A DNA stretch of 64,000 bases from Octopus vulgaris (Eukaryota), in NCBI GenBank assembly GCA_951406725.2, contig OX597831.1:34224001-34288000 (forward strand). The letters run 5' to 3'. A program made the position numbers and the translations under genes. Below, one piece after another: positions 40,667 to 54,215 of this stretch (positions are counted from its first letter, which is position 1; each line of letters starts with the position of its first letter). The notes under the pieces were generated by a model that made no database searches, had not been told where the DNA came from, and saw nothing but the letters and a program-made list of their open reading frames with translations.

Positions 40667-43371
40667 AAAATATGTGTATAGTATTTATAGATACACACGT
40701 ACTCATTTACACATACATGTACTTCTAAACGTATGTAGGTGTAAATCCCTTTGGTTACTAGATTAATGGAATTTTAACAATAATACCAAAACGTCTACAG
40801 CTGCAGGGACCGAATAACAATGCTATAGTCAAATAGAGTATACCATTAACTTTGGGTGAATCTCAATTTTTCTTCTATCTGTTTATTTATGCAGCACACG
40901 CACACACACACACACACAGAGGAAATATTATATATGATTATAATATATTGTAATATACATATATATATATATCTGTGTGTGTGTGTGTGTAAATGCATAT
41001 GCGCGTGTGTGTGTATGCGCGCGCATATAAGCGTACATTCATTCATATAAACAAGTGTGAATGCATCATTTTCGTTGCAATTGTTTAAAATAGACCATAT
41101 TGTTCGCCACATGCCTTCATTTGGTCATCAACCGTTACTCACAATCCATTGAGACTACTGCCCACACACTCATCACTATCAGTTCATAGCCATTGTCATC
41201 ACCATCAGGGCCACTACATTCTATAAATGCTGTTAAGACAGTTAAGAATTGGTTTACACTGGGCATCTTATTGTTAATCTTTATACACCTGCCTCACTGT
41301 ATTATCTTGTATTGTTTGCACATGTAACTGTGTATGTATGTATGTATGTATGTATGTATGTATGTATGTATGTATGTATGTATGTATGTATGTATATCTA
41401 AATAGATATATATTCTCTTATATTTTTAATTGTCTAAATTATTCCTCTGAGAAAGGAACTAAATTCTGAGAAAGATACGAAGCCCTATTGTTTGAATGCA
41501 GTTAACAAAAACTGAGAAAGCTCTACGTTTGAATGTAGATAACAAAACCATGTCGTTTGAATATAGATAAGAAAATCTTCAGAAAACTTTTGCATATTTT
41601 TATTATTCCACTTACAGATTGCATTTGTAATGTGCAAGTTGTAAGTATATACGTATGTATGTATGTATGTATGTATGTATGTATGTATGCATGTATGTAT
41701 GTATGTATGTATGTATGTGCGTATGTATGTATCTGTGTGTGAATACGTTTGAGGCGTGAATATGTGTGTGTACAGTGTATTTGTGTGTGCGTGTTTGTGT
41801 GTCTTTGTGTGTGTCTTTGATTGTGTGTCTTTATTTTTATATGTTCGTATATGAAACTATGAACGGAGGAGTGGTATGTGTATGTACCACTCTGAGTGTA
41901 TGTGTGTAAGAGTGTGTGTGCGGAAGGGAAGGGTATGTATGTGTGAGTCTGTGTGTTGATGCTAATATATTTATGTGTTAAATGGCAGAGTACGCCTTCG
42001 CGTTAGTGTATCCGTGTGTGTGTGTCTGTGTATCACTGTAAGTTTCTGTATGAAGCTGGCCTCTCTGACTATGTGTGTGTGCGTGTGTATGTATGCATGT
42101 ATATATGGAAGGAAGGAAATGTATTTGTGCCTCTGTGTGTATGTATATGTGTGTGTGTTTCTTGATGCGCGCTTGTGTATGCAGATATATTTGGAGAGGA
42201 ATGTACCTGTTTGTTTCCCTCTGTGCGTATATGTGTGTGTGTGTAATTGCGTATCAATCTAGGCATGGAGAGGGAGCATTGTGTGTGTGTATGTATGTCT
42301 GTCTTGAGGAGTATGCATGAGAGTGTATAAGCGAATTTGTGTATGTATGGAGTGTCTGGGGTATGTTTATGTGTGTGTGAGCATGTGCGCGTTTGGTAAG
42401 AACATGAATGCTTGTTTGCGTGCATATTTATCTATAGACGTATCTATGTATACATATATATATATATGAATACATGTAAGAATATGTGTATATATGTATG
42501 TATGAATGTATGTATATATGTATGTATGTGTGTATGTCCCTTCTGTTTTTAATCATCTAAATTCTTCCTCTGAAGAAGGAGCTCGTTTCTAACAAAGATA
42601 ATAAGCTCACGGAAACAATATTGCATTTAAAACTTGAGAACTCTTGCATAGCTATACCATTCCGCTTACATATTGTATATGTAATGTGCGAATCAGTTGG
42701 TAGATTTCTGTTTCTGAAAAATGTATATATGTATGTTAATCAGGTTATTTCAAGATTTCTTTCCAATAGAGAAAGAACCGGTTTCTAACCTAGATCCAAG
42801 ATTCCTTCATTGAAATTTCAACATCAACAACAGGGTATTTTTGTATGCATGTATGTATGTATGTATGTGCTGATTTGTATGTTTTATGTAAGTATTCTCA
42901 TGCATATAATTACATATATACACATGCTGATATATATTTGAATTATAAAATTTTGGAAAGTTTTATAGATTTTTGTAGTTCCAGTGATGGATTGGATCTG
43001 TAGTCTTCGAATTAGCTTTCTCCTTTCTGGTTTTGAGAAGCCTAATTTCTCAAGATTGTATGTATGTATGTATGTATGTATGTATGTATGTATGTATGTA
43101 TGTATGTATGTATGTATGTATGTTTGTATGTATGTATGCATATATGTATGTATGTATCTGTATGTGTGTGTTTGAGTCTTGAATGTGTACACATACTGTG
43201 TTCAGCGTGTGTGTGTGTTGACGAATTTAGTTGTATGCGTTAAAAGATGAAGACATCTTTGACTCAGTGTGTGTTTCTTAGTATAACTTTGTATATGAAG
43301 TTATGAATAGAGGAATGGTATGGATATGTACCAGTCTCAATGTATGTGTATACGAATATGTGTACGGAAGA

Positions 43372-43612
43372 GAGGAAGTGCATGTGTATGTATGATCGTG
43401 AGATTGTGGTTTCGATTCCTGGACCGGGCGACGCGTTGTGTTCTTGAGCAAAACACTTCCTTTCACGTTGCTCCAGTCCACTCAGCTGGCAAAAATGAGT
43501 AACGCTGCGATGGACTGGCATCCCGTCCAGCTGGGGAACACATACGCCATTGAAACCGGGAAACCGGGCCCATGAGCCTGGCTAGGATTTAAAAGGGCGC
43601 ATTTATTTATTA
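43372..43612 (+). mobile_element. SINE family D (CORE-like) joined to tail type 2
   Basis: gttcttgagcaaaacacttcctttcacgttgctccagtccactcagctgg then gctgcgatggactggc...gaaaccgggaaaccgggcccatgagc. Confidence 0.82.
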
Positions 43613-43989
43613 TTTTATATTATCCATCCATCTATCTATCCATGTTTCTGTGTATGAACATGTATAAAAATATGTGCGTGTGTATATCTGTGCATATGAC
43701 TGCATGTACTTACATGTTTCGTGTGTTTGCATATGTATATGAGTCTATATCTCCATGTGTGTATATCTGTGTATGTATGTGTGTCTGTATGTGTGTCTGC
43801 GTATGACACCTACGTGTGGGCTCCCGTATCAGTGCACACTTTGTACATACAATGTATATTAGAGGCTGCCCTATGAATACGTGTGTGTGAGTGTGTGAGT
43901 GAGTATTTGTGTGTGAAAGTGTGTTTATTTGTTTCTCTCAGCATCTGTTTTATATACACGTGTCTTACGAGAGTGTGTGTTTCTGTAGT

Positions 43990-44021
<32 letters not shown>

Positions 44022-44082
44022 TGTATGTATGTATGTATGTATGTATGTACGTATATATGTACGTATGTATGAATATGTATGA

Positions 44083-44113
<31 letters not shown>

Positions 44114-44795
44114 TGTATGTATGTATGTATGTATGTATGTATGTATGTATGTATGAATGCACGTGCATACAATGTATATTAGAGGCTGTCTTATCTCAAT
44201 CATCTTACATTCAATTTGCCAAACAGCCCGAGTAAGTACCATTATCAATGAAGGGAGAGATCTATCAACAATGCCTGTTCTTATTGACTATATAGTGTCA
44301 GCAGCTTTCTTCACTTCCTACAGCCAATCAACCTTACACACACACACACACATACTTACGTACATACGCACATACAGACGAACAGAAAGCGCACACACAC
44401 ACACACATATATTCCCACCGAAGTTTCTGTGAAAGCCATGTGCTCTTATATGTTCTGTAAGCAATAACACATAATGTATTGTTTAGCCTTCACTTACATC
44501 ACGACTCAGCCCGCCTCTATAAAATCTTTATCATTTTTTTATGTCGGTCCCTTCAGTTATTCCTTAGAATTCTTTCTACTAAAATCGATTTTTCTTCAGA
44601 CATTTTTGTCTTTTGTTGCTGCTGTTGCTTTTTAAACTACAGGTCAGTACTAGATCGAACAGACCTATGTTGAAATGGCGTTCCATTCATGATCGTCCCG
44701 TTTAATATTTTCTGCTTTTTATTAGTAAGGCGTTGTCTTTTGAGCTCATATAATATGGATTCTTTTTGCAGCGGGTCGAGGGATAATCTATATGC

Positions 44796-45048
44796 CAGTG
44801 GTTCTCAACAGGGGTACATATGGTCCCTGGAGGTCGATACAAGATTTTTAGGGATTCACGCAACAAAATAGTAAATAGTTTTTGAATAGATTTTGAAGGG
44901 ACCCTGAAAGAATGTTGCCTTCGGTGCGTGTCTTGGTATGTATTGCAAGAAACAGCTGGGTTACTTTCTCTAACGTTTTACGTAGTTCAAGTTTTACACA
45001 ATATACACAAGTTAATGTGTAAAAGCAAAATAGGAATTTTGAAAAGAA
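44796..45048 (+). mobile_element. Possible hAT-type non-autonomous element, left end
   Basis: Begins cagtggttctcaac, a Charlie/MER5-like terminus; no right TIR found. Confidence 0.4.
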
Positions 45049-45214
45049 GGCGTAGGAGTGGCTGTGTGGTAAGTAGCTTGCTTACCAACCTCATGGTTCA
45101 GGGTTCAGTCCCACTGCGTGGCACCATGGTCAAGTGTCTTCTACTATAGCTTCGGGCCGATCAAAGCCTTGTGAGTAGATTTGGTAGACGGAAACTGAAA
45201 GAAGCCCGTCGTAC

Positions 45215-45296
<82 letters not shown>

Positions 45297-45310
45297 GACG
45301 GGCTTCTTTC

Positions 45311-45341
<31 letters not shown>

Positions 45342-45936
45342 TGTATGTATGTATGTATGTATGAAGGCGCATGGCTCAGTGGTTAGAGCGTCGAGCTTAC
45401 GATCGTGAGGTTGTGAGCTTGAATCCCGGACCGGGCTGCGTGTTGTGTTCTTGAGCAAGGCACTTTATTTCACGTTGCTCCAGTTCACTCAGCTGTAGAA
45501 ATGAGTTGCGACGTCACAGGTGCCAAGCTGTATCGACCTTTGTCTTTCCCTTGGATAACACTGGTTGCGTGGAGAGGGGAGGCTGGTATGCATGGGCGAC
45601 TGCTAGTCTTCCATAAACAAACTTGCCCGGACTTGTGTGCAGGAGGGTAACTTTCTAGGTGCAATCCCATGGTCATTCATGACCGACGGGGGTCTTTGAT
45701 GTATGTATGTATGGGTGTGTGTATGTTTGTGTGTCTGTGTTTGTTCCCTCAACATCGCTTGATAACCGATGCCGGTGTGCTTACGTCCCCGTAACTTAAC
45801 GGTTCGGCAAAAGAGACCGATAGAATATGTACTAGGCTCACAAAGAATAAGTACTGGGGTCGATTTGCTCGACTAAAGGCGATGCTCCAGCATGGCAACA
45901 GTCAAACGACTGAAACAAGTAAAAGAGTAAAAGAGT
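45049..45936 (+). mobile_element. SINE family A with a nested family D SINE (45363-45697, tail type 4)
   Basis: Family A head 45049-45213, microsatellite, inserted ggcgcatggctcagtggttagagcg... element, then the family A tail. A second family A 3' half follows at about 46040-46250. Confidence 0.88.
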
Positions 45937-45943
45937 ATAAAAC

Positions 45944-46023
<80 letters not shown>

Positions 46024-46360
46024 CTATGTATGTGTGCGTGTGTGTCTGTGTTTGTCCCTCTAGCATTGCTTGACAACCGATGCTGGTGTATTTACGTCCC
46101 CGTCACTTAGCGGTTCGGCAAAAGAGACCGATAAAATAAGTACTAGGCTTACAAAGAATAAGTCCCGGGGTCGATTTGCTCGACTGAAGGCGGTGCTCCA
46201 GTATGGCCGCAGTCAAATGACTGAAACAAGTAAAAGAAAATAAAAGAAAATATATTCTCCCGTTTTTACATTCACTCAGACACACACGATCTTCAGCACA
46301 CACTCACACACGCACACACACACACATGCACGCACATGCTATAATATATACTTACACTAA

Positions 46361-46560
46361 GTGAGCTGGCAGAAACGTTAGCACGCTGGGCGAAATGCTT
46401 AGCGGTATTTCGTCTGCCGTTACGTTCTGAGTTCAAATTCCGCCGAGGTCGACTTTGATTTTCATCCTTCGGGGTCGATAAATTCAGTGCCAGTTACGCA
46501 CTGGGGTCGATGTAATCGACTTAATCCCTTTGTCTGTCCTTGTTTGTCCACTCTATGTTT
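46361..46560 (+). mobile_element. SINE family C unit
   Basis: Matches the family C sequence. Confidence 0.87.
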
Positions 46561-46717
46561 ATTTGTTTATTTATGTTATTTTATCATAATACAACGCCCA
46601 ATAATATTGGAAAAGATGCATGGTTTAAGATGGCCGATTTTGTCTCTGTCGAAAATAGATATGGCGGGAAAAAAGGGGAGATAATATAATATGGATTTTT
46701 ATGCATGTGCTTATCTT

Positions 46718-46915
46718 ATCTTTTATTTGTTTCAGTCATTGGACTGCGGCCATGCTGGGGCAGTGCCTTGAAGAGTTTAGTTGAACAAATCGACCGCAGT
46801 ACTTATTTGTTAAGCTTTGTACACACTGTGTCGATCCCTTTAGCATAACTGCTAAGTTACAGGGATAAAAACAAACACTAATTGCCAAGTGTCATCACTA
46901 ATTGCCAAGTGTTAT

Positions 46916-46952
<37 letters not shown>

Positions 46953-47130
46953 TTGAGAATGGATTTAGTAGAAAGAAGGATATATATAAAGACGATCCTT
47001 CTTTCTACTAAATCCATTCTCAAGGCCTTTGTCAGTAATATACAATTGCTCAAAATGCCATGCAGTGGGATTGAATCCGATTCCACTTTGTAAGAAAAAA
47101 ATATTCAACCACACAATCACGTCTGTGCCT
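46718..47130 (-). mobile_element. SINE family A, rearranged
   Basis: Reverse-complement tail and head, with an internal 20-bp tandem duplication and a 32-bp inverted duplication. Confidence 0.72.
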
Positions 47131-47799
47131 ACGTTGAAACGTGATTAACAGCAGCGAACAGGCGATGCGTTGAATAACGCAGATATTCATTTATTCGACA
47201 GAAAAGTGTCCTTCATGATGAAACACTGCGACAGATTTCATGCAAAAACGACCGGTAACATTCACATGTGATAATAAGTATTTGCCGACGTAATAGAAAA
47301 TACAATAACACATCGTCCTTTTAACTTTTCTGCGTTCCTTTATAAAGTGTGGATATTGAAATTGATAGGACATGTATCGATAAGTTGGTGTATTCTATGA
47401 ATAAAACGGTTGCACGTGTATGATCAAAGTGTGCACGTATTTGTGTGTGTGTGTGTGGTTGTATGTGTGGTTGTATGTGTACGTGTGTGTGTGTGTGTGG
47501 TTGTGTAGTTGTATTTGCTTGTGTTTGTGGGTGTATATGTATGTGTGTAGTTGTGTTTATGTGTGTGTGGCTGTGTGTGCATGTGTGTGTGGTTGTGTGG
47601 TTGTGTGTATGTGATTGTGTGTGTGTGGTTATGTGTGGTTGTGTAGTTGTGTGAGCTTGTATTTGTGGGTGTATGTGTATGTGTAGTTGTGTGTATGTGT
47701 GTATGGCTGCGTGGGTGTGTGTATGTATTTCTGTGAGTATATATGTGTGTGTGTGCAAGTGTGTGTGTGCAAAGATGCAATGGCTGATTAGTTAAAGTG

Positions 47800-48070
47800 T
47801 TTGATTACTACGACATGCGTGATTCTCAAACAACACTCGGAAGGATTTGGTTTTAGCGTTTTGACGCATGACAGAATACAGAATGGAAAAAAAACGGAAA
47901 GCCCTCGCCAGCTTCGAGTAAATGTGCGCCCACGTAAACATGCAAAACAACAGGAGAGTAAGACGAAATCAACCTCCACCTCCACCAACATTACCATGTA
48001 CTCAATGCCATCGGCTCTTCCATGCAAGAATTTGATCTACAAAGTTATCAAAGCCATCACCATAAAGGAA
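47800..48070 (+). mobile_element. 3' fragment of an RTE-type LINE
   Basis: PTLPCTQCHRLFHARI, resembling the terminal CxxCxRxFxARIGLxSH zinc finger, preceded by a basic RKHAKQQ segment. Confidence 0.62.
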
Positions 48071-48195
48071 GCGTTCAACAAATGTAGATTAAATTATAGG
48101 ATACGAGAAATAACCGACGATAACGACAATTTATATATATATATACCAACAAATACACAAAAATAAATATGTATAATATAAATATACATACGTAC

Positions 48196-48252
<57 letters not shown>

Positions 48253-48544
48253 CAAACATAGACAGATTTCACGAAAAACAAAAGACGAAGAGAGATGGTG
48301 TAGACAACAAACAGATGTATTAGTGTAACGCTCAGGAACTGAAAAAGTCTTTAACGTTTCGAGCCTACGCTCTTCCACAGAAAGGAACACAGAAAGAAAC
48401 AACATCTTGATTCGAACGCCACCCTTTCAAGTAACAGGCATTTGTCTCAGAGTAATTTTAAAATGCACGTTTGCCATCCGTGTAAAATCTATTATATATA
48501 TGTGTGTGTGTGCATTTGTCTGTGTGTGTGTGTGGGGGGGGTGT

Positions 48545-48919
48545 TAAATAAAATGAGACAAGGCCAAGGCTGTGTGAAATTTCTAGGAATTTTATAAAGA
48601 GAAAGGTAGCCTTACAGCTGTTTCAGGGATATGAAAGATATCCCATCATCAGATACGATATGAGAGAGTTAAATAGGAGGAAATAGTAAAGTTATAAGAA
48701 ATAAGTTATTTCTGATACTTCCTTTTATACTTCTTATATCTCTCCCTTTCCAAAATAACTTCTTATATTGAACTCTGTTTCCTTTTATTTAACTCTCTCT
48801 TATCGTATCTGATGATGGGATATCTTTTATATTCCTGAAACAGCTGTAAGACTACCTTTCTCTTTATAAATGTCCAAGAAATTTCACACTGCTTTGGCTT
48901 TATTGTCTCATTTTATTTA
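48545..48919. repeat. Long inverted repeat (arms about 160 bp) carrying a hammerhead-like motif in each arm
   Basis: The minus arm reads CTGATGA T GGGATAT CTTTC ATATCCC T GAAA CAGCTG TA (48613-48652); the plus arm carries the same motif at 48809-48848. Confidence 0.85.
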
Positions 48920-49139
48920 GCATATACACGCTCACACATGACCCGCATTAGACTCCTCCCCCATACTATTATCGAACCGGGAGTCTAACTACGGTCCTTC
49001 CGCACCACTTACATAGCGTTACCTGCCTTTTGGGTCTCCTGGATATATATAGTATTGTTTTAAGACTTTGCAAGCTGTTTCAATGTAGAGCAGCGAATTA
49101 TGGTATTATGTATCGGAATTTCCATAGGATTTGTTTAAA

Positions 49140-49541
49140 AGAGAGGGGGAGAGAGAAAGAGAGAGAGAGAGAGAGATCAAGAAAGAAAGGAAGGGGTTGT
49201 GAGAGCGAGAAAGATTTATAGAGAAGTAAGGCAGAACTAGTGTAAGATCTGGCTTCATTATAAGGATTAGTAACGGATTGTTTAATGGTAAATTTAGAGT
49301 AAAATAATTAAATTTGAGATTCTCTACAGAGAATGATATTTATATAACGGAAAATGAAGAGTTGAATGAAGGGAGAAAAGGTAGGAGAGAGGGGAGAGAG
49401 AAGGTGACGGAAAGAGTGAAGTTGTGAGAGAGGCAAAAGGAAGAGAAAGTGTGTGAGAGAGAGAATGAGTGGGGGAGAGAGAAATGAAGTGAAAGAAAAA
49501 AGAGGCAGGGAGTGGAGGAAAAGAGTAGAGAGAGAGAGAGA

Positions 49542-49577
<36 letters not shown>

Positions 49578-49935
49578 AGGTATGTAAATATAGGGCGGCA
49601 AACTGTAGAGACTAGGGAATAGTCCAAAGAGAAGGATTATAGAGAAGGAGATGACAGAGGAGAAATGAAAGATGAGAAGATGGAGAAAGAAGGAGGAAAG
49701 CATAGGAAGAAAGAGTAGCGAGTGCAAAAGAGTTCAAAGCCAGGAGAGAGAGGGAGAGAGCAGGAAGAGAGTAGAGACGAAAGAGGTAGGCAGTCGAGTA
49801 AAAGAGTAGAGAAAGAGAGAAAGAGAGAGAGTCGAGAAAGTAGAGAAATAGGTGTAGGTCAATATCTTTTCGATAAATAATAGAGCGAAAACGAAGGGTG
49901 AGAGAAAGGTGTAGAAAGAGGAAAAGAGAACTGAA
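49140..49935 (+). repeat. Purine-rich (GA) low-complexity tract
   Basis: Seen directly. Confidence 0.85.
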
Positions 49936-50036
49936 GGTGTTTATTAGGAAATATTGAAGAGATCAAAACTTTATAATTAATCAGAGTTATTTGCGTGTAA
50001 TTAATGTTTATAGCTGCAAAAGATACGAAAGCAAAG

Positions 50037-50106
<70 letters not shown>

Positions 50107-50344
50107 TTTTATTCATTAATAGTTACCCCTTCTTGAGGAAATAAACGAACTTACGAGTTTCTTTTATCTTTTACTCTTTACCAAAAAGAGTTCATTGGGA
50201 AGGGAAGTAATTTACCTTTAGACCATACGATTATTGTGTGGAATCATATATACTAGTTTATATTTCTATATTTAAATAAGAAATAAGTGAATATAAAAAA
50301 GTATGAGGAAAACGTGAAAATAAGCATGCCTCCAAGTCACGTCA

Positions 50345-50386
50345 TGTATACATACATACATATACACACACAAACACACTTATATA

Positions 50387-50458
<72 letters not shown>

Positions 50459-50579
50459 TAGTTGTGGGTGTATATATATATATATATGTATATATATACA
50501 TATATTTATATATATATATACATATATATTTATATATACATTTATATATACATATGCATATATATATATAAATATATAC

Positions 50580-50612
<33 letters not shown>

Positions 50613-50936
50613 CATATATATGCATATATATATAAATATATACATATATATTTATATATACATATATATATATATACATATATATACATTTATATATATA
50701 TATACATATATATGCATATATATATAAATATATACATATATATACATGCATATACATAAATATAAACATATATACAAATATATACATATATATGCATACA
50801 CATATCCATAAATATATACATATATATATATATATATATACATTTATATACATGAATATATACATATATACACACACACATATATATATATATATATAGA
50901 TTTACACATTATATGTACATAAGTATATATATATGT

Positions 50937-51009
<73 letters not shown>

Positions 51010-51010
51010 C
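50345..51010. repeat. Compound TA/TACA/TG microsatellite block
   Basis: Seen directly. Confidence 0.95.
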
Positions 51011-53093
51011 ATATGTATGAATGACTGAGTCTGTCTATATGTATGTGTGCGCGTAGGAGTAAAGATACAGTTAGATTATGAATGGTATCTCCCGGCTAAA
51101 AATAAAACGCAATTCTTTCTAAATTGCCTTGGATTACCCACTTACCGAACTTCCATTCCCCTTTGTATTATATTTGCTTAGTAAAAGTGTAAAATATGGA
51201 TAAATATATATAATTGTTACTGCATAATAAGTATGTATCTGCAAGGAAAATATAAAAGAGAGTAAGATGAAAAAAAATATAACGACCACATGACAAATAT
51301 TTAAACGACTTATGAGACTACAACCATTAAGTATAATGTTTTGGGACTGTTTTTCTATGTAGTGCATTCGGTTATTCTTGGAATAGCTGCGAAATCTTTG
51401 TCGAACAAAACCGTTATATCTTTATAAAGAAATTATATATTGAATAAGGTCAGTCAAGTCTTCGCACGACAATATGCAATATACATGCACACACAAGCAA
51501 ACACACACACACACATACACACGTACACGCACACACACAAACACACACACACATACACATACACATGCACACACACACACACACATACACACATATATAT
51601 ATATATTCATCCCCGATGAATCTCTGAAATGAGATGAAAGCGCTAAATAAATAATTATCCAAAATTTTGATTTAATGAAGCCTGTACACCACTTTAAACA
51701 ATCTACAACACATACACACACACACACACATATATACGCTGGGCTTTTTTCAGTTCTTGTTTACCAAATACACTCACGACGCTCTGGTGAGCCCGAGGCT
51801 TTTGAAGAATACACTTACCCAAGGCGCCACACAGTGGGTTTGAACGCAGAATCATGTGGTTGTGAAGCAAGCTTCTTGCCACGCAATTATCCTTCTATCG
51901 GTCAAGGTTGGTCATGTCTAAATCCGCTGTCCCTGTAAGGTTCTATTGTGATAGGTTAGAAGTTGCCCATGTTTGCAAGTGTCCTTAATTCTTTCCACCA
52001 ATGTTTTCCAACCAAAACCATTGTTTTAGTGGGAGACACGAGCCTTGTTATCAGAACACGAATAATCAGCAATGATGGCATAAGCTATCTTGCCTGAACC
52101 CCTAATAGTTTCACCGGTCCACAGCCCTTGATTGATACTTTTGTATCGACTCTAAAACAATGAAAAACAAAGTGACCTCGACAGAATTTGAACTCAGAGT
52201 TTAAAAAGTCAGAAGTATTACGAGGAATACTATCCAACGCTGTAACGACCCTACCAAATCACCACCAGCAGTAACCGGCCCAAATATTCTGTTTTATGCT
52301 AAAACTGACCAGATCTAACATTTCACACCTAGCCTACAATGTCGTTCTATAAATATACGTTCACATCATCGAAATCTTGAAGCAACAACACAATGCTTGA
52401 GTAATTCACTGTTAAAGTGTTAAAGCCATCATAACTGCCTTTAAATTACAGGACGGTCACAAGTACAATGCCTCCAATCATAGGTCTTTCGAAAAAGGGT
52501 TGATCTCGAAGTTGTTTAAAAACTTAGAAAAACCAATTCTATGGATTTTATGAAGTCAATAAAATGCCAGCAGTCATACACAAGCAGGAATGACTTGGTA
52601 ACATATACGTGCTTTCGCCGATTGTTTTAGGTAACCGTATAGTTGTGAGCAAACATAGGCTCCCTCTCGACTTACCCACCCGTTGACCTAGTGACACTTC
52701 CATAGTGTGACGGCTGGAGGTAAGGAGGCTACACCAGTATTTGACCGGGGCAACGTAAAATGAAGTGACTTACTCAAGAAAGTTACGCACCACCCGGTTC
52801 GAAAATGGAATCCACAATTATGATTGTGAACCGAACGCTCTAACAACGCGCCTTATCGTACATTCACACATATACGCATACATAATACACACGTAACATT
52901 GCACACATAATTTATTAAGGCAGCAGTAAGCAAATGTGTACCAACAAGAACTACAACCGTCATTAAATATTACAGAGGGTGTTATAAACACTTACATTGC
53001 TAGACATAGGAGCTAAACGCACTAAAGCTGCAGTCAAAGCACATAATTGTATACATACATGCTAAGAGAGACCGTAATCGCCAAAAAAGCAGC

Positions 53094-53410
53094 AACCCCA
53101 GTACGCAACTGGTACTTAATTTATCGATCCCGACAGGATGAAAGGCAAACTCAGAACGTAATGACAGACGAAATACCTATTTCTTTACTACCCACAAGGG
53201 GCTAAACACAGAGAGGACAAACAAGAATAGACAAACGGATTAAGTCGATTGCATTGACCCCAGTGCGTAACTGGTACTTATTTAATCGACCCCGAAAGGA
53301 TGAATGGCAAAGTCGACCTCGGCGGAATTTGAACTCAGAACGTAGCGGCAGACCAAATACCGCTAGGCATTTCGCCCGGTGGGCTATCGATTCTACCAGC
53401 TCGCCGCCTT
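53094..53410 (-). mobile_element. SINE family C dimer
   Basis: Matches the family C sequence on the minus strand. Confidence 0.86.
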
Positions 53411-54215
53411 ATATTCCCATACACATTGGCGCACACATATGCATGCATATGTATTTATATATATTTTTATATGGACACGTTCCCATACATACATAAATGC
53501 ACATGTGTGTGTGTGTGTAAAGCCAGTTATCACCTATATTATTGAGTATGGCATAGTAACATGCATCAAATGAAAATGATATTAGTCATTGACAAATATT
53601 TCGTTTTCCTCATTTCACAATTACTTCATACTGATTTTCAATACCCACTTAATTTTATGTGGTAACCTTAACTTGAGAATTTACTTCTAAGTTAGTTATT
53701 CTATCTGTACAAGTTATCTTCAGTATTTATCCTAAGGAACCCATATCTGCATAACCGATAAGCTCTCTTATATGTCTCTTGCTACCCCAGGTCCCATAGC
53801 TACACATAAGGATAGCTTCTACATATATCTTTACGACCATCCTTTTATCTAAAAGCAAATCCAATGACGAAAGTTATGGGACGCCATGTCAAATGAAATT
53901 GAATGTGATACGGTTCGTCAGTAACCCGATTTAACACCACCAAACGGTCATTTACTTCCTCTTAGGAAGTTGGCTACGTTGCAAGCATTCGGATATTAAG
54001 TTTCCAGCCCTCTCGTACTTCAGCAAAACGCAGCTCTGCTTTCTTTGTTCTTTCCTTTCATTAGTCTTGAGGGCGTTCACAGCTGAAGGGCTCTTTCTTT
54101 CTTTCTTTCTTTCTTTCTTTCCTTCTTTCTTTCCATCTTTCTTTCTTTCTTTCTTTCCTTCTTTCTTTCTTTCTATCACTTAGCTATATAACCACATTCA
54201 CACACATACACACAT

